A DNA stretch of 64,000 nucleotides, from contig NW_021833076.1 in NCBI RefSeq assembly GCF_006345805.1, positions 1-64,000 on the forward strand, read 5' to 3'. The notes below the pieces were generated by a model. That model saw only the letters and a list, made by a program, of their open reading frames with translations, made no database searches and was not told the DNA's origin. The position numbers were made by a program, and so were the translations under genes. Origin of the DNA: Octopus sinensis. Lineage: Eukaryota. Below are positions 44,901-57,039 of this stretch, one piece after another; the first letter of the stretch is position 1, and each line of letters begins with the position of its first letter.

Positions 44901-47900
44901 AGTCTGCAATGACAATACTCGAATAACCTTCCTACACATGCAACCACACAGTCCGGGGTCGTTCATTTGATATGTCAACACAAGCCCGGTCTTGTTGATC
45001 ACCCAGTACGGACAGAATATATTCCACACTCTCCCTCCTTTACGAAACACAGTCTGAATTCCCAAAACCTTGGAGTACTCAGAATACAGGAAACCATGGA
45101 CATAGAAGAATATACAAATTCGCAATATTCCTCTCCTTCCTCCCCGCCCTCGAACAATGTCCTCGAACATCTCCACTCAGACGATTGGTAATCCAGCAAC
45201 TGCAATAAAAACAAGGAGAAATCACCAGATCTATTCTATCGCCATAACAGACTCCCCGCAGGTCAAGGCATTCCATCGACTCAATCTTGTCTTGATTCCA
45301 ACCCTATCAATCAAATGCCCAAATCTGCCTTCAGTCTGATTGAATAAGGGAGACAGTTCTGGATTACAAGAATTGGGTGAATGTGCACTACTTGCACAAA
45401 AGCAGTCGCCCCTTCACATTTCACTTGAATATATTCAGTAACCACCTTCAGTCTAACACAGAGGACAACCTGGAGGTGAATGCTTTCCGTGGGTATACTA
45501 ATGACCATTCCTTGAGGAGAAAGCAAATCCTCTAATGAGACTTGTTCGCAGTCTTCCACTTTTCCATCCTTGGAGCAAAACGTGATATATTGAGCACTGA
45601 GTGCGGGAATTGGGAGGTGGCAATTAGAATGTGCAGCAATGAAATATCTCTCGTCCATCAAACAAGTTAAATCCAAGTTTAGATGATTACGCAACTTGTC
45701 ATTAATTGGATTACTAAACTTGAATTGTCGACCTGAACGTGACACTTATTTGACTGTATGACAGTTCAACTGCAGAGATGAGGACCACGCTCGAGGACCC
45801 ACCAAAGAACTGATAGGCTGTCTGGACTGCAGATCTCACCTCCAATTTTCTCTTCTGCTTGAATCCTTCCATCTACAACTCCACACACCGTCTGTCACCG
45901 AAATTGAGAAATTGTAATCATTCTGACGATGCTCACTACTCAACAAGTCGAGGACCCGGTGATCTGACTCGACGTGGGACTTGTGCCACATTTTGAGTAA
46001 CTGGCCGTGACCCAGGGATTCCGTGTCCCCACCACCACTGGTCATCATTCGTGGGTCGACGGATATGACAAGCCCAAGCCCAGACTGATTGTTGAATACC
46101 AGGGGAGCCTTTTCCACCGAATCATCCGAATAAACAAGATTATAGGCGTCAGTAAATTCCTAATCATAGCCCACCAAATCATACTTTTGACAAATTGGTG
46201 AGCAGTTTACAAGAATATCCAGTCAGTGTGATCTCCAGTCGGTCTCGAGAGGAAAATTTTAACGACAATTCGCCGTCTACAGTTCGTGCATTCCTAGTAC
46301 CGGAATTTGTATAAGACAGGGCAAATGTCCACGGTTTGTGCTGACCACGTTCGATGATTGGCTCAATCAATGGCTCCCATAGTGAATTATTGTTGTTATA
46401 ACAAACAGCCATTATAGTGCCAGTACTCTCCAAACTAGACTGGCACTAAGAGAGGGGAATACATTATTCTGACGAGTTGTCATTTGGGCATTGAATGTCC
46501 CGTCCATCGTCACCAAAGGGGGAGCATTCGGGAGATACTGAGACGACATGTGCACCAAAATCGTGTCAATATCTACTTTCATCTTGGTTGTCATATTGCA
46601 CACTGTCTTGTCCGTGATCTCTGTCTTTTCTAAATTTGTTCAACAAGTGGCAATAACTTGTAGGAATGGTTAGAAATGGAAAAGAATCCACATTTAAAGA
46701 ACGCGGACCCCAAGAATCCACGGAAACTGACTCTTTCGTTTGGTCCTTTACGGCCGACTGTTGAGTAGAAACACCGGACAAAGTAGCAGATAGACTGTTG
46801 ACTACTACAGGAGACAGTCCAATTGTTATTGTGGGAATATGGACAGTTGATTCAATCAGTTGGTCATCATATACCCGATTATACAAAACTTTGATTGGTT
46901 TGACGACCTATCATGTGAAAAGGAGGAAAACTGTTATGTTTGTTTCGAAATGACCCCTCTCGCAATATTTACCAGCAAATAATTCCGTTTGATTAAAAAT
47001 GAGATCAAATTCGGCAGAGTGCTGATTCCAATTCCCCTCGTAAGACAAAACACTCTGCCAAATTAACCACACAGGAAATACTCTGAGAAGGAACCCTTCT
47101 GTGATTTTGCCCGATTCGAGCAATATCACATCCACCGAGGAATCCACACTCACTGTCATCTCTCCCCCCATTTTGACAGGCGTCTCGGGATCATCATCCG
47201 TTTTCTCCGGCTTGCTGATTATGGACAAAATAGTCAGCACATACGGGAGGTCGAGAGCCAGTATAAAGGGAACTATTTTCGCCTTGACTGCCAATATAAT
47301 CGACTATCACAAACTCGAAGTATGGACAGACTCCACCATATGAGAATATTCTACAAAATTGGCAAGGGAGTGGCCCCCTTTCCTGTACAGGACAGTCCGA
47401 TTAGATTTCGTCGGCCGGGCGTCCTTGATGCTCAAATCAAGAATGGTTATTCGATAGTGACTCCATTCCCCGAACTCTACCCTCACCACAAGATGGTCGA
47501 TATCAGCATGTCCATAACATGAGTCTCGGGAATGACTAATAAAGTCGTCTATTTTCCCCTTGAATGGTATTACTTAATATTTCACTTGTTTGAAATATAT
47601 TTCCAGTTCGATAACCCCAACCTCTATTTCCCACTCCATAGACATCTTCGACTCCGAGGAGATGGGCACTTTCGCAGAACTCTTATCGCCATACTGTGCC
47701 TCACTCGAAGGAATAGATGTATTTGCGAATGCCTCCAGGAATAGGACGTAATCAGACCGACTGGCCTCAATCTGAAATCGAGTAATTCTGCCCATACACT
47801 CAGCTTTGGGACAGTCCCGTGTATTCTAACAAGCCCACGGCCATCTTGTGGACGGGCAACTGTGAAAACTGCGGAAATGGGGAGAACCAGGTCACAAAGA

Positions 47901-50900
47901 AGGGAATAAATATCTAAATATCCATCAAATAGTTGAATTCTGTAAAATAACCGCAATAAATGTGCACCTCTGCAAATTGAGGGAGTCGATGGACACTCGA
48001 ATGTATTCCATCGGCGTGTCAGTGATGGCAAACTCGTTAGTAATACTCAAATCACCAAAGTCGGCTAAAATGCAGTCATTTGAGTCAGCACATCTCGGAA
48101 ATCTCACTTCCGGGGCATTTACATTTATCTACTCGATTCTAATTTGAAAACATACATTTAATTTAATTCTGCTTTGTCTTTTTAGCATTTTTGCAGATTT
48201 GTGAACAGCCAGGTTAATCTTCTCCCCTATTTTTGCTGAGGGAGACATCGGGCCGTCTGTCAGTATTTTCAGATGGTCCAGAAATGTCCAAAAAGGAGTC
48301 AACACTTTTGTCAAATAGACAATTCGGATCTTCCTCAGGAACAACTCGATTTCCATGTATTTCTCCTGATTCCAGACACGGATACTGCCATGGGCCACTC
48401 GCATGTTTTTCTCCGCAGTCACAAAATGACGGTATGGACAGTTTTCCAACAGTGAATCCACTGCCACACTTCCAAGTTCGAATTTTATTGTATTAAGGTC
48501 ATCAGTAAATTCCGTCACTGTCGAAAGATCCTTCACTTTGATTTCCACTCGTTCGTTTTTTGTGGTTGTCATTTCCAACAAGATTGAGTCTATTTGTGCT
48601 GTAAAAACAGTCTCCTTGAATTCCACCGAGGACAAATTAGTCGGAATGACTTGGCCGTGACTGTACGACGAGAATGTCTTAATCGAGCCTTCCTTGGGAA
48701 CACGAAGAGAGGAAACGAAAGTGAGAATCCCCACAAACACGTCTTCATAGACAAACAAACTGAACTTAGTGAATCGTATATTTATATTCAGTCTCACCCC
48801 TCCATATATCTCCACAAACCCAGGATTGTCTCTGTTAGCCTACATGTCCTCATACTACGTGGCAAACCAATGTCATGTCCACAGTCAGCAGACAACCCTG
48901 TCGAGCTGTGTCGGGAGAAGACAATATTTGCAAACGCCCATCACTTTCGAGTAGTTTGTCCAGAGAGAGAGAAATTATTGAGAATGTCAAGTTAGTGGCA
49001 CGTGTGTTTACACTCATGGCACATTTCATAGAATTAATTGTCAATAGCAAGTCGTGTGCATTGATTGTCAATTTCAGACAAACCTCCATGCTTATACAGG
49101 CAGGGATACCTTTTGGATTACAAAACATAAATTAATGATGAATAAATCGACGTTTTCGGATACTTCTGGCTCGGACTGCCGAGTTTCCAGCATTTTGGCC
49201 AGTCTATATTCATTCTCTGCTTGATTGATGGAGCATATCTCTTCTTCTATCTCCCGGTCTGGTGACTCCAACGTTGGTAGCGTCTCAGAAAAGGCCAGCA
49301 ACTTTGTCATTTTGTCTTGGCTCAATATCAATTGAATCGAAGGCAGTTCTCCATCCACCAGAAATCTACAAATGTAAATCAAGCATACTTTGGATATTGA
49401 GGATCCACCAGGATGCACTTTTTGATGTGGAGATTTATGGAAACTGGGAGTAGCAGATGGAAGGGGGAGTGGTCCTGCTTGATTACATGTCGCCAGTCGT
49501 CATCTTAAATGGATTAATAGATCCACCCTTTTCACACAGAAGAATCTGAATTCGGTTGAGGCTGACCAAGTAGTGGTCGTATATTAGTTCTTCTACTTTT
49601 GGGTGTCCAATCCAGTACTCGGGATGGACAGGAGGGTTAGTTTTCCCAAGTCGGCCACAATGAGTGAAGAGTGTCTAAGCGAGGTCACTCAGTCAGGCCA
49701 CCTGAAATAGTCCCCAGAGTCAGGAATGAGTAGTTTAATGGCTTCAAAATCAAGAGAAATGTCTGCAAAGTGTTTGCTCTGGAGTATGTTCCTGATCCCC
49801 GTCGACGACTTGTCCCGCAGTTCTCTAATCCTTTCCAATGTCTCCATTTGATATCTGCACGTGGGAATACGAACACAACCCTTTGAACACCAGCGAGTCG
49901 GGCGGAGTCAGAAAGCAAATGAGATCTCTGGCAATGTCCTAAGAACTGACCACAGCCGCCTACCTTTGTATAGGTTATCAAAACTGGCTGAGTCTTCACT
50001 CGGACAAACACAGAACACTCTGTTTTGACAGGGTTCAGTTCAAAGTCGCCGTCAATGAACGCCTTCTTGTCGACAGTAACCATGTTTTCCATAAATGTAT
50101 AATATTTCCCATCCTCTTGGGCATGGACTATTTTAAGACTGTGGAGGGACAGTTTCATTCTGAGTAAAGACAGGAGAACACCTTATTCCGTTCGAGGAGG
50201 GTCGGTAGAATATTGTTGAGCTGAATTTGAATGACTGCAGTCTGATTGGTCTGGTTGTCCTGAATATGTCAGTTTGACTACACAAACCGATCATTAACTC
50301 GAAAAGAAAAGGACCTCACGACGAGGCTCAGCGAGTAGGCAACATACTATGACATTTGGATGTGTATTATACATCGAGGGGGTAATTGGACGAGTCCGGC
50401 ATGTCGTCGCTATATCCGATTGCTTCGTGGAATTTAATGCGTTCTTGTTCCGTGAATTCTAACTCAAAATCCTTTTCTACAATTCTCAGATCAAATGGAC
50501 TTAGTGTGCTCCCACTGCTCCACAGATATGCCCCGATTCGACCAAACCATCCCTTCTTGTTGGCCGACTCAGAGTTCTCTCAAATACCCATGATTATCAA
50601 CTCACCTTATTTCTGGCAATCTTACGGGCTAGTACTAGGCAGAATAAGTCAAGCTGCGTCTCCCCAGACTAGTGGATGGTAACTTGCCTAATACAGAAAG
50701 GTGCGTTCTGGTCTCTGCGGAGATATTCCTGTCCCCCTTTGTCAGCAAGCAGTCGTATGCCTCGATGTACTTTTTGAACACGCGATAATATTCGAGAGTT
50801 GCCGCAATATTTCGATATTTGCTTCTGATTTGTGTCTCCATTATGCACGTGAAGGCATATTTCCACCTGAGTAATTCGGAATAAATACATCAGGCGCAGA

Positions 50901-52181
50901 TTTGTCTTCAAACTTCCTGCAGGGCGGAATTTTCGATATCTGAGAGCGATGGACCGTAGATTGAGGGAATCCTGCAATTCTAGAATGCTCGCGTACTGCA
51001 AAACCGTCAAGACAACTCAAACCTGCAATCTGTCCAGCGTCAGTTCGAGGTTGCCGAGCTTTACTTGTCCTCTCACTTTGGACTGAGTGTAACCCACTTC
51101 TCTCGGCTTCATGTTTATTTCCAATTTGGCATCCAAGGACAGTGGAAGTAGCACTTGTCCAATAATGCTCCCATTTGAATGACCTCCGATCGTCCTGCTC
51201 AAATACTCCTAAGATTTAATTATTCCTCAAACTTTTATTTCATGAGCGGATTTGTCCGCAACGAGACTCTGGCAGTCAGCATCACAGTAGACGGTCAGCG
51301 ATCGAAGTTCAGCTAGCTACAATATTTTGACAATTAACATAAATAAATCAGTGTACCTAAATACTTATTAATTTAATTATTTAATTTGTAGCTAGTTAAT
51401 TAATAAATAAACTATTGCATAAATCTGTCATGTGGTCACCTTGTTAAAAATGAAACGAGTCTCAGTGATGATAGTTTGCTTCCAATCCTCACCCACAGTC
51501 TACGAATGGTCAGTCCAAATGGCTTACTCTGACGACAATATCGTTCAATGTGACCCCCAATGACAATGGTTTAGTCACATTGCTCGAATCCTCATACCGA
51601 ATATGCACATTCCTGACCGTCAGCTGAATATTCTTGATGACCTGAAGTAGAATCATCTCCACATATCCCGTGGAACCATGACTCTCTACCCTCAACACTC
51701 ACACCTCACTTGTGGGTTGACTGTTGCGCTCGATTCTCTCCAAGTCTGCCATTTTCTTAGCCTGGGTGAGCCTGTCTTCCTCCTCCTGGTTGTACGACTG
51801 GCCTGGGAGTGAGGACAGTGCCCCACCATCGCTGGGCCGACAACACACGAGCACGTCCGTAATCTCCCCTACGACGGGGGCCTTGTAGATATTCGTCCAG
51901 GGAACTTGCAGGCGAAATGTGCCTGCTGAGTGAGTCCCATTACCAATGTGGCCGTAGATTATGCGGACTGGAATGTTGTTGTCTTCCTGCGTGATTAGAC
52001 AGGTGGGGTACAAAGATGGTCGTCCTCAGGGTCAGGTCTTTGAGGAGGATGTCGCCTATTGTGGGTGGTTTGTTGTTCTACCTTTCCAAATGTTCGTCTT
52101 GAGCTGGTCCTTGTCGAGGTTACAAATGTAGTCCCCCAGAGCTCGATTTAGGATGTCGGCAACCAGACTCTCGAATACCAT
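41904..52181 (-). CDS. VPS13: VPS13A/C-type bridge-like lipid transfer protein, many mini-introns
   Basis: Chorein N-terminus [31 protein letters not shown] and [25 protein letters not shown]-terminal LGADVLGNP...[18 protein letters not shown] and GVLVGVVG...RPLGG. A versus C not resolved. Confidence 0.93.
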
Positions 52182-53197
52182 TGTGGGTCAACCGGATTTT
52201 ATTCAGTAAATATATATTTATTTATACACCAAAATACTTAAGTAAATAAAAAGCAAGTGAGTAGATGTGGATACTTTATATATTCAGTCGGCCAATCAAT
52301 AAATCTTTATGGAATTATATATTCTAAAGAATGGACGATCAATTAATAATGATTATAAATCATCCATAAACTCTTCGAATCATTCATTTTTGTGACGGAA
52401 TACATTTTTGCCTTCTATTTTTGGAGTGTTGATTTTCTCCTAATCAGTGATTAGGTAAAGTACATGCAGGCTGACCTCAACAATGAAAACTATTCTTATC
52501 AGATTTTTTGAAGACAAATACACAGTTGGATAGAATAAAGAATTTCAAAGTGATATGGCTTGCTCGACAGGAAATGAATACTTTAATAATGAGTCTTGCA
52601 AAAGTTTTTATTTTTAAGACAGACAGCCACACATTAATTTTTTATTTTGCTACTTTTTTTAATTTGGGCAAATGGGAAAGGCCTCTCCATTTGCATAATA
52701 TCCTTATTAAACAGTGACAATAATTATTTTAAATACCAAAAATACTCAGAACATGGTGAAATGTTTATTATTAAATCTTAAACAGAAGAAATATTATGTA
52801 CGATAAAATAATAATTGAAACGCCTTGATTAATTTGAAAACAGATCAAAACATGTGTAAAAATTATAAATATTTGATTTTATCATAGAAACCGCTATCAT
52901 TGAAAATTGCCCGGGAAAAGAATATTCCATTTCGAACTACCCTAACAAATAGTATGTCGCGCCTACGCTGGTGACCAGAGCGACCTTCATTGTTGACCTA
53001 CATAGTTTGACACTAATTACTGACTAAAGACAATTGCTAAACATTTAATAAATTTATTATCATGTTCATTTTCGACAAAACAAAGCCTCTCAAACAAATT
53101 GTGGAAAATTTCACTAATCTATAATATAGAACAATATAAATCAGTTGTTCACACATTTTTTGCTTCGCCTACCTCTTAGAACCTAAATAATTCTTTT

Positions 53198-53476
53198 TTG
53201 ATGTCCGCATCCGCCCCTGGATCTATTTTCACAACCGCGGAATGCAAAAAGATGCGGAAGTACTCCTTACTTATGGAAAAGTTCCAATTCCTCCCATTCG
53301 CATTTGAGACTTCCGGTTCCTTAGACAGTAAGGCAATCAGCTTCGTTCAGGAGATCGGGTCCCGCATGTCTGCTCTCACAGGCGACGCCCGCGAATCAAG
53401 ATGGTTTTTCGAGCGGATATTTCTTGCGATAGTACGCTCTAATTCTTTCTCGATCGCGTTGGCTTCCCGTCCATGA
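53198..53476 (+). mobile_element. 5'-truncated CRE-clade retrotransposon (3' end of the RLE domain)
   Basis: AECKKMRKY...FLPFAFETSG...FERIFLAIVRSN, near-identical in peptide to the copy at 2221-2680. Confidence 0.82.
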
Positions 53477-54231
53477 AGCTTTCAAAACTTGACTGATTTC
53501 TTTTTTCAGTAAATCCCGAATTAAAAAAATTTTCGTACCCCTTATTGATTTTTAAAAATTTAATGAGAAAAAATAGTCAATTAATGAAATGGATGGTGCT
53601 CTTTATCAACAACTAATCTTCTTACATCTTTGGATAAAAGACACATTGAAAATCATCCTTAACATTTAGTCCCGCACGATGGACTGATTTTAAATTGAAT
53701 AATGATGAAAATCAACAAATCGATTATATATAATCCAATGTATTGATATCACATCAAAATTCAATGAATTTTGGAAATTCGAATAAGTTTTTTAACTAAC
53801 ATTTGAAGATAAATCATAAACTTTACACAAAAAATATTTATCATGATTAATTTCAGTATATTTTCGTCTCCGACCCCCTACTGAATATTGCATTCTTCAG
53901 TCAGAAATGAACTGATTTCATTTTAGTGACCTGATTTAAATTTACCTATCAAAAAAATTGATATAGATTATTTGAAACGAAGGTGAGCGAATATTTTCTG
54001 TTTTGGTAATAAGACCATTTGTTGAAAATAATTTGTCTTAAGACGAGAACACGGATAAATACTCAGAACATGAAAGCGAAACAAATACTCATATGATGTC
54101 ACCCAAATTCCTTAAATAAATAAATCTTTGTTATAACAAAAATAATCCAATATTATCTACCGACTACCGAAAGTGAGGACTACTACGACAAATGTAAAAA
54201 GACACAAACCGACTCCTGGTGACAGTCCTGC

Positions 54232-55037
54232 TCAGGTTCCTCCAGTTGACTGCCAAAGTACAGCCTGTATGTATAATTCACCACCGAACTGACAGCCTCC
54301 TACAAATACAAATATGCTCAAACTTCCTCGATACTCATCAAAAACTGATTGGCAGTCAAAACAAGCATGCACATCCTCGCCACCAACACCTTCGACGGCC
54401 AATACTCTACAACACTCGGCCACACTCCCATCTCCCAAACTGGCTTCATCCCCGTCCTCGCAAGCAAACAGGAAGCCACCACCACTTGCTGGGCTCCCAG
54501 GGCCGAACACGACACGACTCGACTGACCTTCTCCCTCACACAACTTCCGCAGTTGTTCACCCCCGTTTTCACGGAATCGACTGTTTCGTAGACTGCCGAG
54601 ATCTTTCTTCCCGCATACTGGCCTGCCATGCGTCCTTTTTCTTCGATTTGCCCAGAAACGAGGCTGGCCACCTTTTCCCTGTCGCCCAAAGTTCGGGTCA
54701 CTTCCGAACAGCGAGACTCGATTTCCTTTTTGAGAGCCACCGCAGAACTTCCGAATTCGCCAATTTCAGTAATTGTTTTGTTGTATATCTAATGAGTGGC
54801 TGCATTGTGGTTTACCTCACGTGGGGTCATTTTGACTATTCTTATGTTGTTTTCAAGAATGTCAATTCCGCTGTTCAGAATATTGTTTATTTTGCAGGCT
54901 ATAGTTCTTGTCCCACTCAGGTCGACTGCCTTCTGAGCAAGAAATGCGACTGGCGACAAAATTGGCAAATTTGCAAATCGTGTAAGAGAGTCTTGACTAA
55001 TTATTAATCCAAACAAATGATACCACCTGACAGACAT
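54232..55037 (-). CDS. Perilipin (PAT-family)-like lipid droplet protein; 3' end approximate
   Basis: QDSLTRFANLPILS and ACK...GIDILENNIRIVKMTPRE|I resemble the PAT domain, followed by amphipathic repeat-like sequence. Two mini-introns resolved. Confidence 0.55.
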
Positions 55038-55334
55038 AAATTAATAATTTATTTATTTCTCTATTTATATTATTATCAACTTTATCCAAATAATATATTT
55101 TAAATTATATACAAAATAATCAAAAAATGTATGTATAACAATTAAAGTGGTTTTACAAAGTATCAAAAATCAAAGTCGAGGACTTGGTTGCTAGGGAATC
55201 GCCCAGTTAAAATATTCGGTCTCCAAATCGACAAATTAAAAAAACACATGTTATTGTCTGTTTATTATTTTGGCAAAATCCAAATGAAAGTCGAATAAAA
55301 GTCAATTGGTTGCCACTGACTTAATCGACCAAAA

Positions 55335-56077
55335 ATGAACCAAAAATTTTCGTTCGGAAAAGTAGTAGTCGATTGTGAGCGTAGACGTACGAGGATCAGC
55401 TGATGCGACTGATAGGCCAACACCTCCACCTGTGCTGCAGGGACAAACTGTGCTACGTCGGGGAGGAGGACGAGAGTTTGGTGGAGACCATCAGCGAGGA
55501 GTTCCAGTTGATCACTCCCCCTAAATGCCTGTCTCCGCGGTCACTCTTCACTTCCGTCCGCCGGAATACAAGCATAGACGAGTACTTCTCGACCTCCTCC
55601 ACGATGAGGACTCGTTTCAACCGCCTCCTCGTCGTCCACTGCTACCACAAAATTGACAATTTCAAATGGTTTCTCCAAAGCATTTTTTCACAAGTTTTTG
55701 ACACAAACCATTAAAGATGGACAGGGATTTCCGGATTATGGTCATCGCCCGTCCTCCCGCCCTCAACACGCTGCCCGCCCTCCCACGTGCAGGGGAGAAC
55801 TACCACATCGACATTCTCCGTGACCTCAAAAGCTTTGACTTGGATATCGACTACCAGGTGGGTGTTGTGGTCAATGCAGATTGAAACGATTGTATTCTGC
55901 ATTCACAAAGAGGACTGGTTCCGCATGCTGGCCGACGGGTTCCCCCACGACCAGACGAAGGACAGTCAGGGGGAATTTAACTACGCGGACAGTGTGGTCG
56001 AAATGAAGGACCGTCTTATTTGTATAAGCGCAGGGAGGTCGACTCACTCACACAATGTCATTATTGACAAGACTTGA
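55335..56077 (+). CDS. Uncharacterised class I SAM-methyltransferase-like protein
   Basis: A 23-nt intron joins MNQKFSFGK|TYEDQLMRLIGQHLHL...LCYVG...RFNRLLVVHCYH...IARPPALNTLP...EMKDRLICISA. The family call is from remembered motif resemblance only. Confidence 0.45.
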
Positions 56078-56318
56078 TTTTCCCTAATTTACCTCCACAT
56101 TAACACCCCCCCTTGAGACCATCTAGAGAAGCACTCAATCCTTAGGCGAGTGCCCCATATGTTAACACCCACCTCCTTCCTGCACTATGAAGCACTCAAT
56201 CCTTAACCAGATCACTCCCACTGTTTGAATAAACATCCCGCTGTGGAAGCAAGTTTTGTTTACCAATAAGCTGACAATTCCCCTCACTACACAACAGAAA
56301 GAACACAAATAAGAAATG

Positions 56319-56985
56319 TCAAAAGATAGTTTTATCGACGGCCGAATCAACGGGGGAAGACACGTCGGAGGGGTTAGGAGTGAGTTCATAGTTGTAGAGG
56401 AGTATTCCCGGACGGTTGAGTCGGTCGAACTGCCCCTTCAGTCCAATGTAGTAAATGCGAGTGGACTCTGCCCCGTAGTTCTCTGGGAAGTAGAGGGACA
56501 GACTGGTTATGTTCTTCATTTGTTGGGTTGTGCTTGTATTGAACACCATCACCTCATTCGCAGAATTCCCCACCACAAACTCCACGTCCGCCTTCGGGGG
56601 GATTCTCCCAAAATTCGTGAAGGTCACGTTTTTATAGCTACCGCTGAGTGTAGTGCTTACATTTTGAGTTTGGAGGGATGGGCTCTGCCGACTCCCCCGT
56701 AGAGCATGACCGACTCCAAGTTGACTGACCCTGTGAATCTACGCACTTATTCCGGGGAATGTACGAGAAGCTGAACAATAGTTCGGGGTCAACGTCACTT
56801 TCGACATAATCGGGACTGTGGCGTTGCTCGTACGGTTTAAACACAGTTCTTCCTGTGCCTCGTCTTTTTTCGTTCAGGCATATCAGAGATGTAAAGTCTA
56901 TTCTTTGGTATAGACTGTAGCCTTCTTCCTGACCAGAGTTACTCTTTTCTCCACAACAACAACCACCAGAATGATTGTGCATCAT
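56319..56985 (-). CDS. PITHD1: PITH domain-containing protein 1
   Basis: HNHSGGCCC, YSLYQRID...CLNE...GRTVFKPYEQR...YVESDVDPELLF, and SLSLYFPENYGAESTRIYYIGLKG. Confidence 0.92.
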
Positions 56986-57039
56986 GACTAACAACAAATT
57001 GTTTTGATTATATTTTATTTAAAAAATCAAATTAGTAAT

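Noticed and set aside
54219-55007. 262-aa plus-strand ORF, and many similar 60-140-aa ORFs in the track
   Set aside because: Antisense or alternative-frame shadows of identified genes, with no recognisable motifs.
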